This document shows positions 18,332-27,478 of a stretch of DNA of 56,868 nt, in pieces. The DNA is taken from contig JAGMCR010000005.1 in assembly GCA_023129115.1 (NCBI GenBank), positions 1 through 56,868 of the forward strand. Direction: 5' to 3'. This DNA comes from Candidatus Iainarchaeum sp. GTDB lineage: Archaea > B1Sed10-29 > WALL01. The translations under genes and the position numbers were made by a program. Position 1 is the stretch's first letter. Each line of letters begins with the position of its first letter. The notes beneath the pieces were generated by a model, which ran no database searches, had not been told where the DNA came from, and saw only the letters and a list, made by a program, of their open reading frames with translations.

Positions 18332-19114
18332 CTACATCTTCGTCTTTTTCTTGGTGAAGCCACTGATGGCGTCCAATAGCTCGATGGGGGTTACAAAGAC
18401 AACTGTGTTGCTCTGGTCGCTCGACAAGTCGTTCAGTGTCTGCAGCGTGCGCAGGTGCAGCCCGCCCGGAGAGCTGGCCAGTTTTTCGGCGGCCTTCGCC
18501 ATGTTGTCCGAAGCGATTACCTCGCCCTCCGCCTTGATGATGAGCGACCGCTTCTCGCGCTCCGTCTCCGCCTGCTTCATGATAGTGCGCTTCAATTCCT
18601 GCGCAATCTCGATGTCCTGCAGCTTGATTTCCGTGACGTCGATGCCCCACGGGTCAGTCCCCTTGTCCACGATGTCGCGCAGCTTGTTCGCAATCGAGTC
18701 GCGCTTGGACAACAGGTCGTCAAGCTCTACCTCGCCGGCAACGTCACGCAAAGAAGTCTGGCCGTAGCGAGACACTGCGTAGTGATAGTCCTCGATATTA
18801 AGCACGGCCTTCTCCGGGTCAATCACCCGGTAATAAATCACCGCGTTAATCTTGACCGGCACGTTGTCTTTCGTCATTACTTCCTGCGCCGGAATGTCCA
18901 GCGTGCGAATCCGCGTGTCAAGCCTGCGCCACGACTGAATCACCGGGACAATGACGTTGACCCCCGGCTCCATTATCCGCGAAAACTTCCCCAGCGTGAA
19001 CAACACGCCGCGCTGGTACTGCATCACCACTTTCACGAAAGCGCTGACGAAGATTATCCCAAAAAACCCCAGAAATATTATTTCAAAAATCACTTTGAAC
19101 ACCTCGGGCTGCAT
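18332..19114 (-). CDS. SPFH/band 7 (stomatin/slipin) protein
   Basis: TM helix then QEVMTKDNV, DPWGIDV, QAETEREKR, LHLRTLQTL. Confidence 0.95.
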   Translation of the reverse strand: MQPEVFKVIFEIIFLGFFGIIFVSAFVKVVMQYQRGVLFTLGKFSRIMEPGVNVIVPVIQSWRRLDTRIRTLDIPAQEVMTKDNVPVKINAVIYYRVIDPEKAVLNIEDYHYAVSRYGQTSLRDVAGEVELDDLLSKRDSIANKLRDIVDKGTDPWGIDVTEIKLQDIEIAQELKRTIMKQAETEREKRSLIIKAEGEVIASDNMAKAAEKLASSPGGLHLRTLQTLNDLSSDQSNTVVFVTPIELLDAISGFTKKKTKM

Positions 19115-19126
19115 AACGCGGTGGAG

Positions 19127-20275
19127 CTATTTATTCTTTACGAATCGCTCGATGCGGTCCAATGCCTCGGACAGAACCTCGATTGGGGGCAGGAAAACCA
19201 ATCGGAAGTGGCCCTTGCCGTACTCGCCGAACCCAGAGCCGTGCACCACCAAAACGTGCTCCTGGTGCAGCAGGTCAAGCACCCACTGCTTGTCGTCCCC
19301 TGTGTCGATGCGCGGGAACGCGTAGAACGCGGCCTTCGGCTCAACGCAATGGACGCCCATTTCGCCGAAGCGCTTCACCACGAAGTCGCGGCGCTCGATT
19401 AGTTTTTTCTTGGTCTCCTCGATGTGGGCCTGCGGCCCGTCCAGCGCGGCCTTGAACCCCCACGCGCACGGCTCGTTCACGCACAATCGGTTCCGGCCCA
19501 GCGCCAAGCACGCCTCGAAAATCTCTGGGCAGTTCCGGAACGCCATGGAGCCGATGCGCCAGCCAGGCGACAAGTAGTTCTTGCTGATGCCGTTGAGGGT
19601 GATGACAGGAGTGTCCTTCACGAGCGACGAAAGCGAAACAGATTCCTGGAAAGTCATCAAGTTATAGATTTCGTCGGACACGAGCGGGAGCGAGTGCTCG
19701 CCCGCTACGTCAATGAGTGACTGCAGCATTTTTTTGGAATAGACCGCGCCCGTTGGGTTGTTCGGGTTGATGACGACCATGACACGCGTCTTTCCGCTGA
19801 TTTTTTTGCGGACGTCGTCGACGTCGGGCTGCCACCCGTCGCCCTCGGCGCACGCGTACTCCACGGGCACGCCGTCGCACAGCCTCGGGACGGACATGTA
19901 CTGCGGGTAGTTGGGGCCGGGCACCAATGCCTCGGCGCCGGGCTCGACCAGCGCGCTGAACGAGAACTCGACGCCCTCGCTCGCGCCCTGCGTGATGCAG
20001 TAGTCGTCCGCCTCCGAGCCGTTCACGCGCTTGTCCCACGCGCGGATTGACCCGAGGATTGGCGCGTCGCCCTGCGAGTCGCCGTAATAGTTCTTGCCGC
20101 CCATGATTGCGTCGCACGCGGCTTGCTTGATGTGCTGGGGCGTGTCGAAGTCGTATTGGTCGGGGTCGCCGATGTTGAGCTTGATTATTTCGTGGCCCTT
20201 GGCCTCCAGCTTTTTGGCGGGGAGCACGACGTCCCGAATTGCGTACTTCAGCCCCTTGACTCGCTCGGCAACCAT
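19127..20275 (-). CDS. PLP-dependent aminotransferase class I/II (AlaA-like)
   Basis: LNIGDP, INPNNPTG, SDEIY, GISKNYLSPGWRIG. Confidence 0.95.
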   Translation of the reverse strand: MVAERVKGLKYAIRDVVLPAKKLEAKGHEIIKLNIGDPDQYDFDTPQHIKQAACDAIMGGKNYYGDSQGDAPILGSIRAWDKRVNGSEADDYCITQGASEGVEFSFSALVEPGAEALVPGPNYPQYMSVPRLCDGVPVEYACAEGDGWQPDVDDVRKKISGKTRVMVVINPNNPTGAVYSKKMLQSLIDVAGEHSLPLVSDEIYNLMTFQESVSLSSLVKDTPVITLNGISKNYLSPGWRIGSMAFRNCPEIFEACLALGRNRLCVNEPCAWGFKAALDGPQAHIEETKKKLIERRDFVVKRFGEMGVHCVEPKAAFYAFPRIDTGDDKQWVLDLLHQEHVLVVHGSGFGEYGKGHFRLVFLPPIEVLSEALDRIERFVKNK

Positions 20276-20355
20276 GGGTGCCTACTAGCCGCGCCAGTCA
20301 TAAAAACCTAACCCCCTTATTAAGGAGAAATACGTTGATTACCGTGAGTGGTTTC

Positions 20356-20910
20356 ATGGACACAAAAGTCACTGCATTGCTTATGCTCGCCGTGCTGGTG
20401 GTGCCGGCCTTCGCAATCAGCCCCTTTGATTTGCTGCTGCACCCCGGCTACTTAATCAAGCTCGTGCTCAAGACCATTGGCCTCGAGGAAAGCACCCAGG
20501 ACAAGGTAATGAACGCCGGGCCGCCGGCCGAGGTAACGCCAGAGTACAAGGAGAGCATCGACAAGTTCAACGAATTGTTTGGCCTGCTGCAGCCCGACGC
20601 CGTCGGGCTCGACACGGGCAAGCGCGTGAACGAGTTCGTGTACATCGCGTTCACCGAGAACGGAGTGCTGTACGCGGACGCCAGCGTCCTGATACAGCAG
20701 GGCGTCGTCAACGCGTTCGAGAAGGGGAAGGGCAACTACGGGACGCCAACGATTTACGTGCGAGTCAACAAGCACGCCGTCGACAAAATCCCTAGCCTCA
20801 TCAACAGCCCGCAGGCGATTGACCACTTGATGGGCCTCTACCTCGACGGGCACATAGAGCTCGAGCCCGAGTCAAAGGCAATCGAGTACGTCGATAAGTT
20901 CAGAGCATAG
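20356..20910 (+). CDS. Secreted hypothetical protein (possible SCP2-like C-terminus)
   Basis: Signal peptide MDTKVTALLMLAVLVVPAFA. Confidence 0.75.
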   Translation: MDTKVTALLMLAVLVVPAFAISPFDLLLHPGYLIKLVLKTIGLEESTQDKVMNAGPPAEVTPEYKESIDKFNELFGLLQPDAVGLDTGKRVNEFVYIAFTENGVLYADASVLIQQGVVNAFEKGKGNYGTPTIYVRVNKHAVDKIPSLINSPQAIDHLMGLYLDGHIELEPESKAIEYVDKFRA

Positions 20911-21151
20911 TCGCCATCAGCCAAAAGACGCCGCCGATGAAAATCATTGCCATAGCCGCGCCCACGGAGACGAACACGTTGTTGATGGGGATGGAGTGCC
21001 TCTCGGTGATGAGGAACGGCGCCAGCAAAACAAACGCCGAGCCCGCGAACACGAACGCGAGGGCGGTGTCCAGCACCAGCAAAAAGTACGAGAAGGCGAA
21101 GAGCGCGACGTAGAAGATTACTGCCTGCTGCTTGAACGCCTGTGGTATCAT
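20900..21151 (-). CDS. Small multi-pass membrane protein
   Basis: 83 aa, about 3 hydrophobic helices. Confidence 0.75.
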   Translation of the reverse strand: MIPQAFKQQAVIFYVALFAFSYFLLVLDTALAFVFAGSAFVLLAPFLITERHSIPINNVFVSVGAAMAMIFIGGVFWLMATML

Positions 21152-21176
21152 GAGTGAAAATAAGACAATCAGCTAT

Positions 21177-22025
21177 TTAAGAATTCTGTTTTGAGGGGTA
21201 TTTTCGTGCGAACGCAGCCAGCACGCCCCTCCTCGCAAGAAACTGCATAATCTCGAGGCCCTTCCCCTTGTCGTCTTCAGCGTGATACTCAGAAACAACG
21301 AGGAATTTGGGCTTACACTTTTGTGTGGCTTTTTCCACTGACTCAAGAAGAAGGAATGAGCGGGTTGGATAAGTCCCAATTCTACCGTAGTCTGCTCTCG
21401 AAAAGCAGTCCAGGTCAACATCAATAATATTGGCGTCCTTCTGTTTAGCAATGTCTTTTTCAAGAGCCGCCATTGCTGCAGGCTCAGCGGCACGCATAAA
21501 CCCTCCTTCCGGGTCCTTCACGCGGATTGTCTCGCCAAGAAGCTCGGGGCCAAACGTCTTCACTTCATCATCTGTTTTCAACCCATTGTTTTTCGCGTGA
21601 CGTACATATGTGTGATGCTCCAGGGTCCTGCCCCATCCTTCGTCATAGTGGGCATCGAACCGCAATACCTTGCCCTCAAGATGATACACCGGGTAAGCCG
21701 CGTCGTGGTGGCTCCCCATCAAAAACACAAAGTCGTGGTCCTTCACGAGTGCCTTTAGCCGCAACCCGATGTCATCATACTGTTTATTATGTTTATTACG
21801 CCAACCCTCGTCGCAATCGTAATCATAATCCAGCAGTTTTGGGAATTCTGTATAGGTCTCTACTTTAACAGACGCCCCCAGTTCATCGCCAGTTTTCTCA
21901 ATTGTTTTCTTGATTTCTTCAATCGGCATTAGGCCGGGGGCATGGTAACCATGTATGTGCTCACAGACGTAGTGATAAGACGGCAACCCGACCACAGCAA
22001 CGCGCAGCTCCTTTTTTCCCGCCAT
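21177..22025 (-). CDS. Arginase/ureohydrolase-fold protein
   Basis: LMGSHH, FDAHYD and DVDLDC metal-ligand motifs. Confidence 0.75.
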   Translation of the reverse strand: MAGKKELRVAVVGLPSYHYVCEHIHGYHAPGLMPIEEIKKTIEKTGDELGASVKVETYTEFPKLLDYDYDCDEGWRNKHNKQYDDIGLRLKALVKDHDFVFLMGSHHDAAYPVYHLEGKVLRFDAHYDEGWGRTLEHHTYVRHAKNNGLKTDDEVKTFGPELLGETIRVKDPEGGFMRAAEPAAMAALEKDIAKQKDANIIDVDLDCFSRADYGRIGTYPTRSFLLLESVEKATQKCKPKFLVVSEYHAEDDKGKGLEIMQFLARRGVLAAFARKYPSKQNS

Positions 22026-22079
22026 TGCCTTAATTATTGTAGGATATCTTTAAAAACACCCCCCTCCTTGCCTATTCTA

Positions 22080-23027
22080 GTGCTGTCTCTTGGTAACGGC
22101 GTGAGCTACCAAAGCAACGGGAGCCACGTCTTGTTTGACCCCAGCCGCAAGGCTCGGGAAGGCCTGGTGTGCATTAGCCACGGGCATTCCGACCACGCCA
22201 GGAGGCACGACACGACCACGCTAATGACACAGGAGACCCTGGACATCACCGGGCTCCCCGGCGAAGCGATTGCGTACGGCAAAGAAAAGCACGGCGTCAC
22301 GGCACACAACGCGGGGCACGTGCTCGGCAGCGCCCAGTTCGAGATTAATGGAGTAGTATATACAGGGGACCTGCTGACGGACAACCCCCTGCTCGGCGGC
22401 GCGGACCCGATTCCGTGCGAGGAACTGGTGATTGAGGCCACGTTCGGCCTGCCGGAATACGTGTTCCGGCCCAGGGAAGAAGTTATTGCGGAAATCCAGA
22501 AGTGGGTCAAGAACAATTACGGGGCCGGGCGCACCGTCGTGCTCGGCGGGTACGCGCTCGGCAAGGCACAGGAGCTCACGAAAATCGCGTGCGACGCGGG
22601 GTTCACGCCGCTTGTGCACCCAAAGATTGCCAAGGTGAACCGCGTGTACGAAAAGTACGGGGTGGCCTTGGGCGAGTGGCTCGAGGGCGGGACCCCTGAG
22701 GCCAACGAAATGATGAAAAGCAACTTCGTCGCGGTGATGCCGTTCCACCAGGTGAAGCCGCCGCTGCTGCAGTCGCTCTCGCGGGGGCACAAGGCCGTCG
22801 CGGGGGTGGCCACGGGGTGGCGGTTCGGCAACGGGAAGGGGACAAAGGCCTTCCAGCTGAGCGACCACGCGGACTTCCCGGGGCTCATTGACTACGTGGA
22901 GGCGGCGGAGCCGAAAAAAGTGTACACCGTGCACGGGTTCGAGGCGGAGTTCGCGCGGCAGCTGCAGAGGAGGGGCTGGAACGCGAGGCCGCTGAAGCAC
23001 AGGCAGAAGACCCTCCACGAATGGTAG
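22080..23027 (+). CDS. MBL-fold beta-CASP nuclease
   Basis: SHGHSDH, AGHVLG, YTGD, LSDHADF, YTVHG; GTG start assumed. Confidence 0.9.
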   Translation: MLSLGNGVSYQSNGSHVLFDPSRKAREGLVCISHGHSDHARRHDTTTLMTQETLDITGLPGEAIAYGKEKHGVTAHNAGHVLGSAQFEINGVVYTGDLLTDNPLLGGADPIPCEELVIEATFGLPEYVFRPREEVIAEIQKWVKNNYGAGRTVVLGGYALGKAQELTKIACDAGFTPLVHPKIAKVNRVYEKYGVALGEWLEGGTPEANEMMKSNFVAVMPFHQVKPPLLQSLSRGHKAVAGVATGWRFGNGKGTKAFQLSDHADFPGLIDYVEAAEPKKVYTVHGFEAEFARQLQRRGWNARPLKHRQKTLHEW

Positions 23028-23032
23028 CAACC

Positions 23033-23101
23033 CTTTTTCTGTTACAGGGACACTCGCTTGCCGGCTCGGTCCCTGAACGGTGGAAAAGCGTTGATGGAAA
23101 A
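23033..23101 (+). repeat. Dispersed bulged-hairpin element, copy A
   Basis: ctttttctgttacag-[25 nt]-ctgaacggtggaaaagcg; reversed copy at 51016-51067. Confidence 0.8.
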
Positions 23102-23141
23102 ACCAAGAACTTTATATACCAGTAATTCATAGGTGTTCAGC

Positions 23142-23639
23142 ATGACGCAGTACAAGGAACAGGCCCATGTCCACAACATCCCCAAGGAAATGATTCTTCA
23201 CTCGATTGAGGCAATCAGCGCAGGGATGGTGCAGGACGCCCGGTACAACTTTGGCCGCGAGGCCGGGTATTCGTCGCAGCTGCTGGTGAACGAGAGGGAC
23301 GGGCTCGTGTTCTGCGAGGTAAAGTTCATTCCGTACGACTATAGCTTCAGGTGGCTCGTGGAAAAAGAGGCGAAAGGCCACATGGTGACGTTCGTTGGGT
23401 CGACGCCGGACACGTGGTTCGAGTTCATGACACAGCAGGGCGACAAGCTCCGCGGGCTCGTGGACACGCAGTGGAGCGCGTTCGTCAACTTCGGCATCGG
23501 GTTCGTCACGTGCGACTATTATTACAAGAACGTCAAGAGCAAGGCCAAAACAAGGCCCGCGCGCGAGCACATCAAGAAGGCCGCGAAGCGTGTCAAGAAG
23601 CGGCCGCGCTCGAGGCACAAAAAGACCAAAATAGACTGA
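23142..23639 (+). CDS. Hypothetical protein with a basic C-terminal tail
   Basis: AGGTG SD and TTTATA promoter; K/R-rich last 35 aa. Confidence 0.8.
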   Translation: MTQYKEQAHVHNIPKEMILHSIEAISAGMVQDARYNFGREAGYSSQLLVNERDGLVFCEVKFIPYDYSFRWLVEKEAKGHMVTFVGSTPDTWFEFMTQQGDKLRGLVDTQWSAFVNFGIGFVTCDYYYKNVKSKAKTRPAREHIKKAAKRVKKRPRSRHKKTKID

Positions 23640-23686
23640 AAGTTTTATAAACCCCTACTCCCTATTCTGTCGAGAAGGTGTATACT

Positions 23687-26470
23687 ATGAAAGGTGTTTC
23701 TCCAATTGTTGGTGTAGTGCTACTCGTCGCTATTGCGGTCCTCGGCGCCACGTCACTGTACTTCTGGGCTGGTGGGGTCACCACCAGGGAAGTGACTGTT
23801 GATGAGCCGAATGCAATCAGCGCGACGGTAATTTCTCCTGCTGAGGGCAAGATTCTTGTCGCGAACCTCGGCGACAGCAACCTAGTGATTGACTATTTGA
23901 ACTTAAGCCACGCCACTAACCTGACGTGCAACTTCAACGGCACTGTGACTCTCCCGCCGGGCGGGCAAGCGCTGTGCATCATGCCGCCACGGATTGGGAC
24001 GAGTTATTTGTACGCCCCGAGGACGGGCACGGCATTGGTTGTAATGGGCGGGAGCGAGCTCACCACAATCACTTACCAATTTTCATTGATTGGGTCGAGC
24101 GGCACGTACCACGAAGATTTCAACGGGACGTTCGAGGGCACTGAAGAGAGCAGCATCAAACTTGTTGACGGCGTGCCTGACGGGACGTTTACGCAGGTCG
24201 GGACCGACCTGGGGAGTGCCAAGTATTTCATGGCTGTGGGCGCGGACATCACACTCGACGGCCCGCTTGACACAGTAAATATTATTCTTCGTGTCTCAAA
24301 CGATGGCGTCGGGGGGCCGTGGGAAGAGCGTGACCTCGGCACTGAGTTCCCCACGTCAGTTGGAATGCCGGAGGGGGCGTTTAGGTATGTTTCTTATAGG
24401 TTGGAGCTGTTCAACGGGGAAGGCGGCTTTGACTTTCCCGAGGTTGACGACGTCCGCATTTATTACCAGAGTGACGCCGACTCGCAGATGTACTTGACCT
24501 GGACCGTCAACAACGAGGGCGGCCTGGGCTGGGCTGCAATCACCGAGACTTGCGGCGAAGTCGAAGACGTGCTCGTGAACAGGACTGGCCTCGGCGGCAT
24601 TACTTCGCTTACCGGGAAAATAAATTATACTTATGGATGCACTTACGAGACAAGCGGGGAAGACCCCAGCGGCAACCCCATTGGCACTGACTTGACTGTA
24701 ACGACTGGGTTCCCAATCCTGCCGCCGGCAGTGTGCGGCGACCACGTGTGCGAACAAGACGAGACGTCTGCAAACTGCCCCGGGGACTGCTGTGACGGAG
24801 ACGTGCACGCGAACACTGGCTTGTGCGACGCGAACTGCGGCGAGACAGCCGCGGCGTGCGACGGAATACCAGTCGATGGAACCGTTTGCTCCGGAAGCGA
24901 CGTGCTTACGTGCTGCTCCGGCGCAGTGCTCCAGACATGCACAACCGAGTGCGTCGACACAGAGTTCCAGCCAGGCATTGCCTACGACGGCACGTGCAGC
25001 GAAGGCGCGTGTGGCACGACAGACGTCAGTGGAACCGAAATCCCAGAGCAGACCTGCCAAGACCTCCTTGACAACGACTGCGACGGGCTTGTGGACTGCG
25101 CGGACCCGGACTGCGAGCCAGACCCGGCGTGCGTGGCCCCAGAGAACGACGAGTGCGCCAGCAAGACAGTGGTCACTGACGGCGGCCATGCCTTTACTAC
25201 CACGGGTGCCACGACGGACGGCACTCCTACAGCCAGCTGCCCCGGCCAGGTCTACAACGACGTCTGGTTCGCCTACACCGCGACGTGCACTGGAACGCTC
25301 ACTGCCAGCACATGCAACCAGGCCGACTTTGACACAGTAATTGTCATCTACGAGGGAGCTGACTGCCTGTTACTGGAGGAAAGGGCGTGCAACGACAACG
25401 AGGACACCTGCGGGGTGACATCAATAGCCCTGTGGGACGTTACCTCCGGCGTTGACTACACGATACGGTTGGGCAGCCTCGTGGATGGCACGACCGGCAC
25501 TGGCACGCTAAGCCTCTCGTGCGCGAGCTGCGGCGACTACAATGACAACTGCGAGGGGTGCATCAGCTTCGGGTGCACGTGGTACAATTACACCAACGGC
25601 AGCAGCTACTGTGTGGACGCTGCGGAAATGGAGTGCCCGTTCCTGTGCTACGACGCAGAGGCGCCGGTAGGAGTGGACGAGTGCTACATGACCAACTGCA
25701 CAACTGACTTTTGTACAGTGGACGAGTGCGGCGACGGCTACTGCACCGGCCTTGAGGACGGGAGCAGCTGCCCCAGCGACTGCTGCCCCATGGCAGATAA
25801 CTGCACCAACTGCGTGCAGTGGGGCAGTTGCGCGTGGTACAACAATACCTTTGACGGCGAGTACTACTGCGCCTATGCCGCCGAGGGCTGTGGCCCGCTT
25901 TGCGCGAGCGAGGACACCAACGAGTGCTACACGGGCAACTGCACAACGAACCAGTGCGGGGGAGAAGGCACAGTGCTCGGGTTCCTGACGTGCGTCAGCG
26001 GAAACGAGCCCGCGGGACCAGCGTGCATCTCAACAAAAGCCCCGGCGTGCGACGCGTTTGACGTGAACACGATGGGAGGAGGACCCGGAGCCGACGGAAT
26101 GGTCAGCCTGTCAGACTTCAACGGCGGAGGCTCGTTCCAGACTTGTTACGAGTCATTCGAGCCGGGGGTCTGTGAAATCTTTGACATCGACAGCAATCTG
26201 CAAGATGGGAACCCGGACGGAATCGTCGACGAGTACGACTTCTTCGCGGGTTGGGCCATCACGGACCCCGGGCAGTGGGACTTTGACGACGGCACCGGGT
26301 CCGGCAATCCAGACTTGGTGGTGGATGTGGCTGACTTTGTGTACTGCCTGCAGGCTTGGGGCGACGCCGACGAGGACGGCATCGGCGACGGAGTCGACCA
26401 GTGCGTGGGGTTCCCTGACTGCAACGATGCAAACCTGGACGCAATCCCGGACGACTGCGCAGGGCCGTAA
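23687..26470 (+). CDS. Pilin-like (class III signal) Cys/Asp-rich mosaic surface protein, about 927 aa
   Basis: MKG/VSPIVGVVLLVAIAV; DNDCDGLVDCADPDC; NDEC..DVWF module; Dx[DN]xDG loops. Confidence 0.9.
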   Translation: MKGVSPIVGVVLLVAIAVLGATSLYFWAGGVTTREVTVDEPNAISATVISPAEGKILVANLGDSNLVIDYLNLSHATNLTCNFNGTVTLPPGGQALCIMPPRIGTSYLYAPRTGTALVVMGGSELTTITYQFSLIGSSGTYHEDFNGTFEGTEESSIKLVDGVPDGTFTQVGTDLGSAKYFMAVGADITLDGPLDTVNIILRVSNDGVGGPWEERDLGTEFPTSVGMPEGAFRYVSYRLELFNGEGGFDFPEVDDVRIYYQSDADSQMYLTWTVNNEGGLGWAAITETCGEVEDVLVNRTGLGGITSLTGKINYTYGCTYETSGEDPSGNPIGTDLTVTTGFPILPPAVCGDHVCEQDETSANCPGDCCDGDVHANTGLCDANCGETAAACDGIPVDGTVCSGSDVLTCCSGAVLQTCTTECVDTEFQPGIAYDGTCSEGACGTTDVSGTEIPEQTCQDLLDNDCDGLVDCADPDCEPDPACVAPENDECASKTVVTDGGHAFTTTGATTDGTPTASCPGQVYNDVWFAYTATCTGTLTASTCNQADFDTVIVIYEGADCLLLEERACNDNEDTCGVTSIALWDVTSGVDYTIRLGSLVDGTTGTGTLSLSCASCGDYNDNCEGCISFGCTWYNYTNGSSYCVDAAEMECPFLCYDAEAPVGVDECYMTNCTTDFCTVDECGDGYCTGLEDGSSCPSDCCPMADNCTNCVQWGSCAWYNNTFDGEYYCAYAAEGCGPLCASEDTNECYTGNCTTNQCGGEGTVLGFLTCVSGNEPAGPACISTKAPACDAFDVNTMGGGPGADGMVSLSDFNGGGSFQTCYESFEPGVCEIFDIDSNLQDGNPDGIVDEYDFFAGWAITDPGQWDFDDGTGSGNPDLVVDVADFVYCLQAWGDADEDGIGDGVDQCVGFPDCNDANLDAIPDDCAGP

Positions 26471-26498
26471 GGTAGAGTTGCCCGCAACGGCATAAACC

Positions 26499-26524
26499 GG
26501 GGGGCCATCAATTGATGGCCCCCC
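26499..26524. repeat. G6-CAATTG-C6 palindrome, copy 3
   Basis: Perfect palindrome ggggggccatcaattgatggcccccc. Confidence 0.9.
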
Positions 26525-26579
26525 CAGCTGCTTTTCTTTTGAATGACTAGCCAGTGCAGCAACAGCAAAAAGAGTTGGT

Positions 26580-26722
26580 AGGGCCGGAAAGAAGAACTGG
26601 GCTCAAGCGGGACGGAAGGTGTTTCTCCTTCTCCGCTTACGGCTCGTTCCTGGAACGTACTTGAGCTCGCTCGAGGTGCCCTCTCCTTTCCGGGGATTTG
26701 CCTGGAAGGGGAACTGGGCCCT
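26580..26722 (-). ncRNA. Candidate structured RNA
   Basis: Closing stem AGGGCC/GGCCCT, nested stems, TTTAAA upstream and a T-run downstream on the minus strand; family not recognised. Confidence 0.35.
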
Positions 26723-26950
26723 GGCAAGGAAAGTATTTCTCAAACCTCTTTAAAGCAAGTTGGGTACAGCCGGTGGCTGGGGACCTAGCCTGCTGCCAGA
26801 GTTGCCCTCCCCCTCCGGGGGGCTAAAAATTTGGGCTAACCAAATATATAAAGTTATCGTGTAATAATGTTCATTAATTTAGTTCTATTTGCAAACACTG
26901 TGCAAATGGGCACCGTCAGTAATTTATAGCCAAACGGGTTTTAAAAGACC

Positions 26951-27478
26951 ATGCGAAACGTGTTGATTGTGCTTGCAATCCTTTTGCTCGCGGGCTGCGC
27001 GGGCACAGAGGAAACGGCGACCCCAACGCCTGCGGCCGCGACGCCCGTCGCGACGCCGGTCGCGACTCCAACGGCGACGCCAGAGGCGACGCCCGAGCCC
27101 ACGCCAATGCCAATGGGCCACGACTGCTATGTGGAGGGCTACCAAGAGCTTTCCGACGCAATCAGGATACAAGAGTGCTTCATGGGCAAGGAAGAATACG
27201 TGGAGTGCGTGTACTTCATGCTCAAGGGCGCTAGGGAGGCCGAGAAGACGGGCGAGACCCTGCAGGCCGGGTGGGCCATGAGGCTCTACTCAAAGGCAAT
27301 TGACTGCGCCAAGGAAGCCGAGAAGCTGCCGAACGCAGGCCTCTTGCCGGACAAGATGTCTGCGACCATAAACAATTACTTCATGTGCTACCACGCGGAC
27401 GCGGTGTGCGGCGCGACTATTGAGCAGATAGACGAAATCATCGCGCAGCTAGAAGGAGTAAGGGCAGACTTCGCCTAG
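26951..27478 (+). CDS. Lipoprotein with PT-rich linker and Cys-rich helical domain
   Basis: LLAGC lipobox; ATP(V/E) repeats. Confidence 0.85.
   Translation: MRNVLIVLAILLLAGCAGTEETATPTPAAATPVATPVATPTATPEATPEPTPMPMGHDCYVEGYQELSDAIRIQECFMGKEEYVECVYFMLKGAREAEKTGETLQAGWAMRLYSKAIDCAKEAEKLPNAGLLPDKMSATINNYFMCYHADAVCGATIEQIDEIIAQLEGVRADFA

Noticed and set aside
26560-26830. SRP RNA or RNase P RNA
   Set aside because: The helix-8 motif and the P4 GAGGAA.GTCC signature were not found.
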